A stretch of 64,000 bases of DNA from an uncultured Armatimonadales bacterium (GTDB lineage Bacteria > Armatimonadota > Armatimonadia > Armatimonadales > Capsulimonadaceae). The position numbers were made by a program, and so were the translations under genes. Below, piece after piece: positions 16,085-24,150 of the stretch (within the stretch, counting starts at the first letter, position 1; every line of letters starts with the position of its first letter). The notes below the pieces were generated by a model. That model saw only the letters and a list, made by a program, of their open reading frames with translations, had not been told where the DNA came from and searched no databases. Where the stretch lies: the NCBI GenBank assembly GCA_964251675.1, contig CAXUKS010000011.1, forward strand, positions 15,177 through 79,176. The letters are read 5' to 3'.

Positions 16085-16858
16085 ATGAGCCTGCTCCGCA
16101 CGCTGACACTCTGGGCACGGGGACACTTTGCCCGCGCCCGCCTGCGCGTCATAGACGGCCCGCGCCGGGGCCGGGTGTTTCCCCTGACGCGGCGGCTGAC
16201 CACGCTGGGCCAGGGCGGGGATATTCCGCTGCCAGACACCCCCAAAGGCGTGACCCTGGAAGCCCTGCCCGCGCACGGGCGGTATCGCCTGCGGGCCTCA
16301 GCCTCGGCTGGCGTGCGCGTTAATGACACTGCCGTGCAGGGGGAAGTCTGGCTGTCAGCGGGAGACCGCCTTCAGATCGGCCCGCACACGCTGCGCTTTG
16401 AAACGCTCACGCCGCCCCCGCCCCGGCAGCGAACCGCCCCGTCCGCCGCCCCGCGTCAAACGACGCTCCCGGACGCGCCGCCGCGCTTTGTCGGGCAGGA
16501 GCTATTCATCCCCGCCCCCGCTCCCACGCCGCCTGCGGCCCCGGTCTTTCAGCCCGATGGGGGCCGTGTCGGCACGCGCCTGATCTGCCTGTCCGGGCCG
16601 TACCGGGGCCAGTCGTTTTCCCTCAGCCATGCCCCGGCCACGATTGGCCGCGTGTCCACGGCCACCATTTCCCTGCCCGCCGATCTGTCCCTGTCGCGCA
16701 CGCACGCCGAAATCGCCTATGTCGGCGGACGCCATCTGCTGTCCGACGGCAGCTCGGTCAACGGCACGGCGGTCAACGACGCGCCGCTCACCGAACCCCT
16801 GCCGCTCGTGCCAGGCGACGTCATCGCGCTCGGAGACACGACGCTGCGCTATGAATAA
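16085..16858 (+). CDS. protein with two FHA domains separated by a Pro-rich linker
   Basis: TLGQGGDIPL...RVNDTAV..EVWLSAGDRLQIGPHTLRF and ATIGRVSTATISL..D.SLSRTHAEI...LSDGSSVNGTAVND...PLVPGDVIALGDTTLRY. Confidence 0.85.
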   Translation: MSLLRTLTLWARGHFARARLRVIDGPRRGRVFPLTRRLTTLGQGGDIPLPDTPKGVTLEALPAHGRYRLRASASAGVRVNDTAVQGEVWLSAGDRLQIGPHTLRFETLTPPPPRQRTAPSAAPRQTTLPDAPPRFVGQELFIPAPAPTPPAAPVFQPDGGRVGTRLICLSGPYRGQSFSLSHAPATIGRVSTATISLPADLSLSRTHAEIAYVGGRHLLSDGSSVNGTAVNDAPLTEPLPLVPGDVIALGDTTLRYE

Positions 16859-16948
16859 TTCATACAACGCCGCCCCTGCAAACTCCGGCCCCTTCTGCCG
16901 ATATAAGCATCAACTGCTCCCAAAAAAGAGACACGGAGACCCCGACTG

Positions 16949-17908
16949 ATGCGCCTTGTGACCCGATCCGATTTTGACGGCCTCATCTGCGCCGTCCTGC
17001 TGAAGCAGGTCGAGCAGATCGACTCTATTCAGTTTGTTCACCCCAAAGACTTGCAGGACGGCAATTTTGAGGTGACCGAAGACGATGTCCTGACCAACGT
17101 GCCGTTTGTGCCCGGCTGCGGCCTCTGGTTTGACCACCACGCTACCGAAGTCGAGCGCATTGTCGGCAAAACCGATTTCCGGGGGGACTGCCGCCTCGCG
17201 CCCTCGGCGGCCCGCGTCGTGTATGACTACTACGGCGGCGCGACCCAGTTCCCCGGCATCGACGAGATGATGACCGAAGTGGACAAAGCCGACTCCGCCC
17301 AGTTCTCCCGCGACGAGATTTTGGACCCCCAGGGCTGGCCCCTGCTGTCGTTCCTGATGGACGCCCGCACCGGTCTTGGCCGCTACAAAGACTACCGCAT
17401 CAGCAACTACCAGCTCATGCACGCCCTCATTGACGCCTGCCGCACCATGCCCATCGACGCCATTCTGGCCCTGCCCGATGTCCAGGAGCGCGTCGTCCGC
17501 TACTTTGAGCAGGACGCCGTCTTCCGTCAGACCGTCACGGACTGCTCCTGGACCGAAGGCAGCGTCGTCATCTCCGACCTGCGCGATGTGGTTCCCATCC
17601 CCTGCGGCAACCGCTTCCTGGTCTATGCCCTGCACCCGGAAACCAGCAACTCCATCTGGATTGTCAACGGCTTCCAGGGCCAGAACTGCGTCTTCGCCTG
17701 CGGCCACTCCATCTTAAACAAATCATCCCAAACCCACATCGGCGCTCTGATGCGTCTCTTCGGCGGCGGCGGCCACGAAGCCGCCGGAACCTGCCAGGTC
17801 CCCCACGAAGACGCCGACGTGACCCTGAAGTCTCTCATCGCCGCCATGAACGCCGACACCCTCCGGGGCAGTGCTGCTGTTGAAAGAACACTCGCCCTCG
17901 CCGCCTGA
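16949..17908 (+). CDS. DHH/DHHA1-superfamily phosphoesterase (exopolyphosphatase-like)
   Basis: 319 aa. N-terminal TRSDFDGLICAVLL, DHH motif (WFDHHATE) and C-terminal GGGGHEAAGT typical of DHHA1. Confidence 0.65.
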   Translation: MRLVTRSDFDGLICAVLLKQVEQIDSIQFVHPKDLQDGNFEVTEDDVLTNVPFVPGCGLWFDHHATEVERIVGKTDFRGDCRLAPSAARVVYDYYGGATQFPGIDEMMTEVDKADSAQFSRDEILDPQGWPLLSFLMDARTGLGRYKDYRISNYQLMHALIDACRTMPIDAILALPDVQERVVRYFEQDAVFRQTVTDCSWTEGSVVISDLRDVVPIPCGNRFLVYALHPETSNSIWIVNGFQGQNCVFACGHSILNKSSQTHIGALMRLFGGGGHEAAGTCQVPHEDADVTLKSLIAAMNADTLRGSAAVERTLALAA

Positions 17909-17977
17909 CCCTGCTCCCACTCCTACTCCCTCTCCTTGCTGAAGGAGAGGGCCGGGGTGAGGTTTCCTTCTGCAAGA

Positions 17978-18127
17978 GGGCACACGGGGCTGAACCCCCA
18001 TGCTTTGAAGAGCAATTCCCCGCCTTCGCGGGCATAAGATATAGGAAAAGCCTCCGCTCTGAAGTCTTCGCCCGCGAAGGCGGGGGCTTGCACTTTTAAA
18101 GCACGGGGGTTCAGCCCCGTGTGCCCT
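17978..18127. repeat. miniature inverted-repeat element, family A copy 2
   Basis: gggcacacggggctgaaccccca...gcccgcgaaggcgggggcttgcacttttaaagcacgggggttcagccccgtgtgccc. Flanked by an F-like hairpin (about 17925..17975) and module Z (18134..18165). Confidence 0.85.
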
Positions 18128-18179
18128 CCTACTCTGGCTCCCCCAGAATTAGGGGCCAGGGGGCCATCCTGTTCCTACT

Positions 18180-18854
18180 TCACCGCCGCTGACGCCTCCG
18201 TCTCTGTCCCACCATCTGCAACCGATGGACCGCCCAGGTAACAAGCAAAGTGGCTAAGATTACTTCCACATTCTGTATCGCTTGGCCCACGAAAAACGGT
18301 GTGTTCAGATAAGAAGAACGTGTGTCTGTTGCACAGAAAAAAGCAAGCCTGCCCCAACAATAGCATGAATAAACGGCTGCCCCAAGTATTGCCCCCGCAA
18401 CTGCCCTTCGCGGGAAGGCTATCGCAGTCATTAGCCCTGCGGCAACAGAGATTATCAACAATGAGAGGCGGTATTTCCATTCAAAAGCAGCTGCCTGAGT
18501 GTGAGACAAAGGATGGCTGAGGGAAGGTTCTATAAACGCTGTGAGAACGAAATAGCTAACTAGAATCAATACTGCTGACGTGCAAGCCGCCGCGCCAAGC
18601 AAGCTGCGCCTGTTCAGCGCCTGCTCCCGCCGCCATGCCTGCACCAAGCTTTCGCCTAATGCGCCCGGCGTCCCGAACTGTGCCAGCGCATCCCGCACCG
18701 CCTCGTCCTCTGTCCGCCCCCTCTCCTGCCCCACAATTACGGCGTTCTCCAAATGCGTCCGCACCTCGCGCAGTTCTTCCGCCCGACGCGGCGCAGGCAA
18801 ACCGGCAAGGTGTGTGACGACTTCTCCCAAGTACGCTTCAAGCAGGCTGTGCAT
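18180..18854 (-). CDS. PadR-associated membrane protein (DUF1700/HAAS-like N-terminal helix domain plus 4 TM)
   Basis: N-terminus LLEAYLGEVVTHLAGLPAPRRAEELREVRTHLE. Overlaps the padR stop by 17 nt. The hydrophobic C-terminal half is visibly more AT-rich than its surroundings. Confidence 0.65.
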   Translation of the reverse strand: MHSLLEAYLGEVVTHLAGLPAPRRAEELREVRTHLENAVIVGQERGRTEDEAVRDALAQFGTPGALGESLVQAWRREQALNRRSLLGAAACTSAVLILVSYFVLTAFIEPSLSHPLSHTQAAAFEWKYRLSLLIISVAAGLMTAIAFPRRAVAGAILGAAVYSCYCWGRLAFFCATDTRSSYLNTPFFVGQAIQNVEVILATLLVTWAVHRLQMVGQRRRRQRR

Positions 18855-19191
18855 GGCCTTCCCCTTTCTCCAACCGCCCCAGAACCGTCTGGATCAGCGC
18901 GGCGTAATCAAACAGGGCACGGGTGCGCCGGGCAGCTTCCTTCGTGCCCGCCTCGGTCAGCGTGTACACCTTGCGGTCCGCGCCTTTCGCCTGGGCTTCC
19001 CACGCGCTGACGACCAGCCCGTCCTGTTCCAGAACGCGCAGGGCCGGATACAGCGTGCCTTCCTTCATGTGCAGAGCGCCTTCACTGAGCCGCTCCACTT
19101 CGCGGGCGATCCCGTAGCCATGCCGGGGGCCGCCGCCCAGCACCGCTAGAACCAGCGCAGACAAATCACCGCTGGGCAAATCGCGCTTCAT
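18838..19191 (-). CDS. PadR family transcriptional regulator
   Basis: Start at ATG 19191 with GGAGG upstream. Winged-helix signature LVLAVLGGGPRHGYGIAREVERLSEGALHMKEGTLYPALRVLEQDGLV. Confidence 0.88.
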   Translation of the reverse strand: MKRDLPSGDLSALVLAVLGGGPRHGYGIAREVERLSEGALHMKEGTLYPALRVLEQDGLVVSAWEAQAKGADRKVYTLTEAGTKEAARRTRALFDYAALIQTVLGRLEKGEGHAQPA

Positions 19192-19195
19192 TATG

Positions 19196-19240
19196 TGCCT
19201 CCAATTTCTTAGTATATTCACTATACTCTAATTATAGAGG
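19196..19240 (-). promoter_or_regulatory. AT-rich padR promoter/operator region with inverted repeat AGTATA-N5-TATACT
   Basis: Minus strand reads TATAAT..TATAGT..TATACT..GGAGG..ATG. Perfect 6-bp inverted repeat at 19211..19227. Confidence 0.45.
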
Positions 19241-19275
19241 TATGTCAAGTAAACTCGGAAAATCCTGTCTGCTCT

Positions 19276-19329
19276 TATGTCCACGAAGGTGGACAATCGC
19301 CCTTTTTAGCCCCAGATTTCAATCTGGGG
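19276..19329. repeat. single arm of family D repeat
   Basis: tatgtccacgaaggtggaca...ccccagatttcaatctgggg matches the right arm of 1654..1787. Confidence 0.75.
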
Positions 19330-19367
19330 ACTGCATAACATTAACTGTTTGGGTGGTAATATGGCCT

Positions 19368-20102
19368 ATGTCCCTCTTTGCCGATGACCCCGCCCTGCCG
19401 CCCGGCCCAACCCTCCCGCCTGACGAGAAAGTGCTGCTGGTCCATGACCGCCTGTGCGGCGAATATCACTGCCCGATCCCGCACTTTCACGAGCTGGACC
19501 CGCTGAGTGAGCTGGTGTCGTCGCTGCTGTCGCACCGCACCAAAAACGCTGACTCCGGGCAGGCGTTTCGCAATCTGCGCGAAGCGTTTCCCGACTGGGC
19601 CGCCGTTCGGGATGCCCCCGTAGCAGACGTTGAAGCCGCGCTGGCCCCCTGCACCTGGCCGGAGCAGAAGGCCCCCCGCGTGCAGGAAGTCCTGCGAAGG
19701 GTGGGGGAGGAGCGAGGGGGACTCAGCGAGCAGTCGCTGGACTTTCTGGAACATCTGCCTGTCCCCGAAGCGCGAGCCTGGCTGGAACAACTCCCCGGTG
19801 TCGGCCCCAAAACCAGCGCCGCCGTGCTGTCGTTCTCGCGCCTGCACCGCCGCGCCCTGCCCGTAGACAGCCACCATCACCGGGTTGCCCAGCGTCTCGG
19901 CCTCATCCCGCAGAGCATGGATGTCGGCCCGGCGCACAAGGTTTTAGAAGCGCAATTGCCCCCGGAATGGACCGCCCAGCAGGTCTACGACAACCACGAA
20001 GTCCTCATGCTGCACGGCCAGCGGTGCTGCTTCTACCAGAACCCGGAGTGCCGCCGCTGCGTGGTCCGGGAGCTGTGCCCCTTCGGACAAAAACGCCTCT
20101 GA
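19368..20102 (+). CDS. endonuclease III-like HhH-GPD base-excision repair protein with 4Fe-4S cluster
   Basis: The start at 19368 avoids the repeat. LPGVGPKTSAAVL helix-hairpin-helix, catalytic D (PVDSHHHRV) and C-terminal C-x6-C-x2-C-x5-C. Confidence 0.8.
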   Translation: MSLFADDPALPPGPTLPPDEKVLLVHDRLCGEYHCPIPHFHELDPLSELVSSLLSHRTKNADSGQAFRNLREAFPDWAAVRDAPVADVEAALAPCTWPEQKAPRVQEVLRRVGEERGGLSEQSLDFLEHLPVPEARAWLEQLPGVGPKTSAAVLSFSRLHRRALPVDSHHHRVAQRLGLIPQSMDVGPAHKVLEAQLPPEWTAQQVYDNHEVLMLHGQRCCFYQNPECRRCVVRELCPFGQKRL

Positions 20103-20181
20103 GAGTTGACTGAATACTCTTTTGCAACAATTCCTATAGGATTTAGGTAGAATACTTGTACTCCTAAATCTGGAAAGAGAG

Positions 20182-20772
20182 ATGCCGCCAATGAGCGCAA
20201 TCGTGGCCGAAATTTTAGACCGCAATCAGGTCTATGTGGAATTGTTTGGAGACAAGGGCGAGCTGGCCCTGCCGCCCGCCCGGCACTTCGCCATCCTGAC
20301 CTGCATGGATGCCCGTCTGGACCCGGCCAAATACGCTGGGCTTGCCGAAGGGGACGCCCACGTCATTCGCAACGCCGGAGGGCGGGCCAGTGATGATGCC
20401 ATCCGGTCGCTGGTCATTTCGTACAAGCTGCTCGGAACAAAAGAGTGGTTCGTCATCCACCACACCGACTGCGGTATGACCCTGTTCACGGATGAGATCA
20501 TGCGCGGCCTGCTGGCGAGCAGCCTGGAAACAGCAACCGTCGATGCTGACGGCTGGCACGATGTCGGCGCGGGACCGGGATCGACCGAGGGGGAGTTTGT
20601 GGACTGGCTGACGATCAAAGACGAGAGTGAGAGCGTTTTGACGGACATCAGGCGCATTCGTAACCACCCGCTCGTGCCCAGCTCTATCCCTATCCACGGC
20701 TACATCTACCATGTCAAAACCGGCCAGCTTAACGAAGTGCCGGGGGCGGCGGAAGCAGGCCGCGCCGGATAA
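20182..20772 (+). CDS. beta-class carbonic anhydrase family protein
   Basis: CMDARL...HTDCGM zinc-ligand pattern (Cys-Asp-Arg / His-x2-Cys) of beta-CA. Confidence 0.8.
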   Translation: MPPMSAIVAEILDRNQVYVELFGDKGELALPPARHFAILTCMDARLDPAKYAGLAEGDAHVIRNAGGRASDDAIRSLVISYKLLGTKEWFVIHHTDCGMTLFTDEIMRGLLASSLETATVDADGWHDVGAGPGSTEGEFVDWLTIKDESESVLTDIRRIRNHPLVPSSIPIHGYIYHVKTGQLNEVPGAAEAGRAG

Positions 20773-20810
20773 GTTTGCCGGGCTTCCTGTCAGACCAGCT
20801 CTCACAGCTT

Positions 20811-20889
20811 CCGTAGACCTCTTGCCTGAGTCAGCCTGGATTGAACTCTGAGACACAAACCGACGCGGGCTTATGCAAGAGGTCTACGG
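20811..20889. other. unique 15-bp perfect inverted repeat with 49-nt loop
   Basis: ccgtagacctcttgc (20811..20825) pairs with gcaagaggtctacgg (20875..20889). Not a member of the repeat families. Confidence 0.6.
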
Positions 20890-20984
20890 CAGTCTCATAC
20901 CCTCTCCTTTAAAGCAGCACCACATCAAGGCGACGCCTGGGTTTATGGTACACCTTGACGTTGCTGCATAATGGACGGGCCAAA

Positions 20985-21119
20985 TGCCGGGGGTATGAAA
21001 ACCCCCGGCAGGGAAGCACCCTTCGGGTGAGGATGTAGGGGTAGGGCTTGCCCCTACCCATCTTTCCTGTCTTTGTCCGAAGGACATTTCCTTGCCGGGG
21101 GTTTCTACACCCCCGGCAC
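20985..21119. repeat. miniature inverted-repeat element, family C copy 2
   Basis: Colinear with 4889..5048, including the internal hairpin tgtaggggtagggcttgcccctaccc and the gtccgaaggaca hairpin. Confidence 0.85.
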
Positions 21120-21297
21120 TCTGATTATGGGACTTATCCAACAACGCCGTACACCTTCGTTGCGTGCTTGCCTGCCGCTCATCCGCCCTTCCCAAAACCG
21201 CCCAATCGTGGTACACTCTGTCTTCTCCGGCCCGTCTTCTTGCTGAAGCAGAGGCCAGCGCGAGTCTGCCTTTCTCCCATCACACAGGAGGCTTTCA

Positions 21298-21906
21298 ATG
21301 CATTACCGCACAAAACTCACCGCCATCATGGCCCCGCTAACCCTCGCCGCCCTTGCCCTCGGCGGCTACGCCTACACCCGTGCCCACGCCGCCCCCACCT
21401 ATCGCCTCGCTAACGGTATTAAAGTCACACCGACTGTCAACCCGCAGGACGAAACGGCACAGCTTCTGGAAGTCAAACGCTGGGACTTTGACATCACCCA
21501 GCCCGACGCCAGCAAACCCCTTTATATCAGCTTTGCCCTGTACGGGAGCGGCAAATTCATCAAAACAATCAGCGGCGGCACGGCGCGATTTCCTCATCCC
21601 ACCGGCACGCCCGAAAAGGGCCCCATCACCACGCATATTTCTCTGGCTTTGCTTCCGCTTGGTGGTTCCGTTTATGCCGCCCATGAGTTGAAATACAAAC
21701 TAACCGTAGGCGGGAGTGGTATTTCAAGCAGTATGCCTAATCCTATCTTTACGGGGAAAAATCTTATTTCAGACGCGCAAGTCATTCCCAATGACAATGC
21801 GGTTATGCTCCTTAGCTCCAATCTTGCAAACTCTACTATCTCAGAAAAAATGGACAACAATGACACCAATCTAGCCCTCAGCATCGCCGAAACCCCGCCC
21901 CGATAA
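21298..21906 (+). CDS. secreted hypothetical protein
   Basis: AGGAGG-like caggaggc upstream and a signal peptide (LTLAALALGGYAYTRAHA). The 3' third is AT-richer. No family recognised. Confidence 0.6.
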   Translation: MHYRTKLTAIMAPLTLAALALGGYAYTRAHAAPTYRLANGIKVTPTVNPQDETAQLLEVKRWDFDITQPDASKPLYISFALYGSGKFIKTISGGTARFPHPTGTPEKGPITTHISLALLPLGGSVYAAHELKYKLTVGGSGISSSMPNPIFTGKNLISDAQVIPNDNAVMLLSSNLANSTISEKMDNNDTNLALSIAETPPR

Positions 21907-21966
21907 ACTCACTTCCCATCCATAAAAAGTGCCGCGAAGCGGTAGTTGTCGGCGTCCGCACCCGTT

Positions 21967-21997
21967 AGCCGTGTCCTTCAGGACATGGCTTTTTTTA
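21967..21997 (+). terminator. rho-independent terminator
   Basis: agccgtgtcc-ttca-ggacatggct followed by ttttttt. Confidence 0.7.
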
Positions 21998-22020
21998 TGG
22001 CGTGCTCACCTGACTGCTCC

Positions 22021-22075
22021 TAATCCTTTCTTTAGGGAGGACCCCGCGAAGCGAAGCAGGGAAGGTAGGTCTTGA
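22021..22075. repeat. hairpin module Y (aatcct..ctttagggaggaccc.g.ga.g...ggtaggtct)
   Basis: Recurs at 23026..23088 and 24075..24131. Confidence 0.65.
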
Positions 22076-22142
22076 CACAGGTTCCCCCAAACCGTCACAA
22101 TGAATCATACGTCTACTATTTATTTAACCAAAGGAACCTACC

Positions 22143-22997
22143 ATGCCCACCACCGACACTGGCAAAGCCATCGCCGCCAGAAACGCCACCACCCACGGAC
22201 TCTTCGCCCGCGACGTCGTCCTCCCCCACCTCGGCGAAGACCCCGCCGGATACCAGACACTCGCTGACGCCCTCGCCCAGCAGCTTGCCCCCCAGAACCT
22301 CCTCGAACACCATTACGTCGAAAAAATCGCCGCCGCCTCCTGGCGACTGCGCCGCCTCCAGCGCTGGCAGGCCCAGCTCTATGAAGACGACACTCTCACC
22401 GAGGACGAGCTATTGAGCCGCCTCGACAAAACCCTGCGCCACGAGACCGCCCTGCACCGCCAGATCGACACCGCCGTCAAGCTGCTCGCCAAAGACGTCC
22501 CTCAGCTCTACGCCCGCCGCGTCCGTGCCCGCGTCCTGGAAGACGCCATGCTGTCCGAGCGCGAGTGTGCCGACTGCTTGGAAGACGACGCCGCGATTTC
22601 GATGGAGGTCCGCAATCGGTTAGGCCGCATCCGCAAAGCCACGGACATCGCCCTGCCCCGTCTCGCCGCCGCCCCGCTCGACACCCTTCCCAGCGACAAC
22701 CCCGAAAATTGTCAAAACGAACCGGCCCCCGCCCCGTCTTCTACTCCTCACCCTCCCCTAACAGGGGAGGGAGCGAGGCACGAGCGGGAGGGGTCTCCTT
22801 CCGAAATCTGCCAAAACGAACCTTCCATCGTGGAGGTAGACTCCCGCACGCACGCGGCTTTTCTGGGCATGAACGAAGTGCGCCGCGTCCACCCGCACGC
22901 CGCCCTGCTGCGCCGCGAAGAGCACCGCGTCATCCACGCCGCCGCCCGCGCCCAGTCCCATCTGGCCGCCCGCCAGCGCGAGGAACTGCTTTTCTGA
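22143..22997 (+). CDS. hypothetical protein carrying an in-frame repeat insertion
   Basis: 284-aa ORF with aaggaa upstream. The N-terminal half is a coherent helical sequence (NATTHGLFARDVV...AASWRLRRLQRWQ). Codons for ...ENCQNEP[33-codon unit]EICQNEP include family F repeat DNA. Confidence 0.55.
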   Translation: MPTTDTGKAIAARNATTHGLFARDVVLPHLGEDPAGYQTLADALAQQLAPQNLLEHHYVEKIAAASWRLRRLQRWQAQLYEDDTLTEDELLSRLDKTLRHETALHRQIDTAVKLLAKDVPQLYARRVRARVLEDAMLSERECADCLEDDAAISMEVRNRLGRIRKATDIALPRLAAAPLDTLPSDNPENCQNEPAPAPSSTPHPPLTGEGARHEREGSPSEICQNEPSIVEVDSRTHAAFLGMNEVRRVHPHAALLRREEHRVIHAAARAQSHLAARQREELLF

Positions 22998-23025
22998 AAC
23001 GCGGTGGCCGTTTGCCAACAGTGGC

Positions 23026-23176
23026 TTAATCCTTTAGGAAGGACCCTGCGAAGCAAAGAATGAGCCAAGCAAAGAGGCAGGTCTCCGGCTCCCCCAGTAT
23101 TGGGGGCGGGGGGGGTGCTCTTCTGCCCGCGAAGGCGGGGAATTGCTCTTCTAAAGCACGGGGGTTCAGCCCCGTG
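23026..23176. repeat. composite of modules Y and Z plus a single family A arm
   Basis: ttaatcctttaggaaggaccctgcgaag..., then ccggctcccccagtattgggggcggggggg, then gcccgcgaaggcggggaattgctcttctaaagcacgggggttcagccccgtg. Confidence 0.75.
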
Positions 23177-23204
23177 ACAACCTTTCGGGTACACTGACAC
23201 CATC

Positions 23205-24047
23205 ATGGACATTCCACAACTGCAATATGAGCCGCTGGTGCGGGCCGCGCTGGCCGAAGACATCGGGCCGGGAGACGTCACCACGACCCTCTGCATTCCC
23301 GCCGGGACACCGGCCACCGCCACCCTACTTGCCAAGCAGCCCGGCACCGTCGCGGGCCTTGCCATTGCCGCACTGGCCTTTCACCTGCTCGACCCCGAGG
23401 CCGTCTGGACCCCGCACGTCCAGGACGGCGACCGGGTGGGGGAGGGGCGGACGCCCCTTGCCACCGTCACCGGCGATGCCCGCGCCCTGCTCACTGCCGA
23501 GCGCGTCGCCCTGAACTTCCTGCAGCGCCTGTCCGGCGTCGCCACCGTCACCGCCCGCTACGCCGCGCTGACAGCAGGGACTCACGCCCGCATCGTGGAC
23601 ACCCGCAAGACCACGCCCGGCCTGCGGATGCTGGAAAAGTACGCCGTTCGGATGGGCGGCGGCTACAACCACCGTATCGGGCTTTATGACTGCGTTTTAA
23701 TCAAAGACAACCACATCAAAGCCGCCGGGGGCATCGGCCCCGCCGTCGCCCGTGCCCGCGCCCACGTTCCGCACACCATGAAAGTGGAAGTCGAAGCTTC
23801 CACGCCCGCCCAGGTGGACGAGGCGCTTCTGGCAGGCGCAGACATCATACTTTTAGACAACATGAACACCGAGACCATGCGCCGGGCCGTGGAGACCATC
23901 GCAGGCCGCGCCATCTCCGAAGCCTCCGGCGGCCTCACCGAGTCCCACGTCGCCGAAGTCGCCGCTACCGGGGTTGACATCCTGAGCATCGGGGCGCTGA
24001 CCCATTCCGCCCCCGCGCTCGACATCTCGCTGGATTTTACCGCATAG
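23205..24047 (+). CDS. nadC: nicotinate-nucleotide diphosphorylase (carboxylating)
   Basis: 280 aa. GDVTT, ERVALNFLQRLSGVAT, DTRKTTPGLR, IKDNHI, MLDN motifs. Confidence 0.93.
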   Translation: MDIPQLQYEPLVRAALAEDIGPGDVTTTLCIPAGTPATATLLAKQPGTVAGLAIAALAFHLLDPEAVWTPHVQDGDRVGEGRTPLATVTGDARALLTAERVALNFLQRLSGVATVTARYAALTAGTHARIVDTRKTTPGLRMLEKYAVRMGGGYNHRIGLYDCVLIKDNHIKAAGGIGPAVARARAHVPHTMKVEVEASTPAQVDEALLAGADIILLDNMNTETMRRAVETIAGRAISEASGGLTESHVAEVAATGVDILSIGALTHSAPALDISLDFTA

Positions 24048-24140
24048 GGGTGCTGCTTGCTGCGCCCTTATCTCTTAATCCTCCCTTTAGGGAGGACCCT
24101 GTGACGAAGGAACAAGGTGGTAGGTCTCCGGGGCTTGGGA
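24046..24140. repeat. mosaic of modules X and Y
   Basis: ataggggtgctgcttgctgcgcccttatctctt plus aatcctccctttagggaggaccctgtgacgaagg...ggtaggtctccgg. Confidence 0.7.
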
Positions 24141-24150
24141 ACAAAAGATT

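Noticed and set aside
16910-17707. 265-aa minus-strand ORF opposite the DHH-family gene.
   Set aside because: It is a G/A/V/D-rich shadow of a sense gene with DHH and GGGH motifs, and it has no SD.
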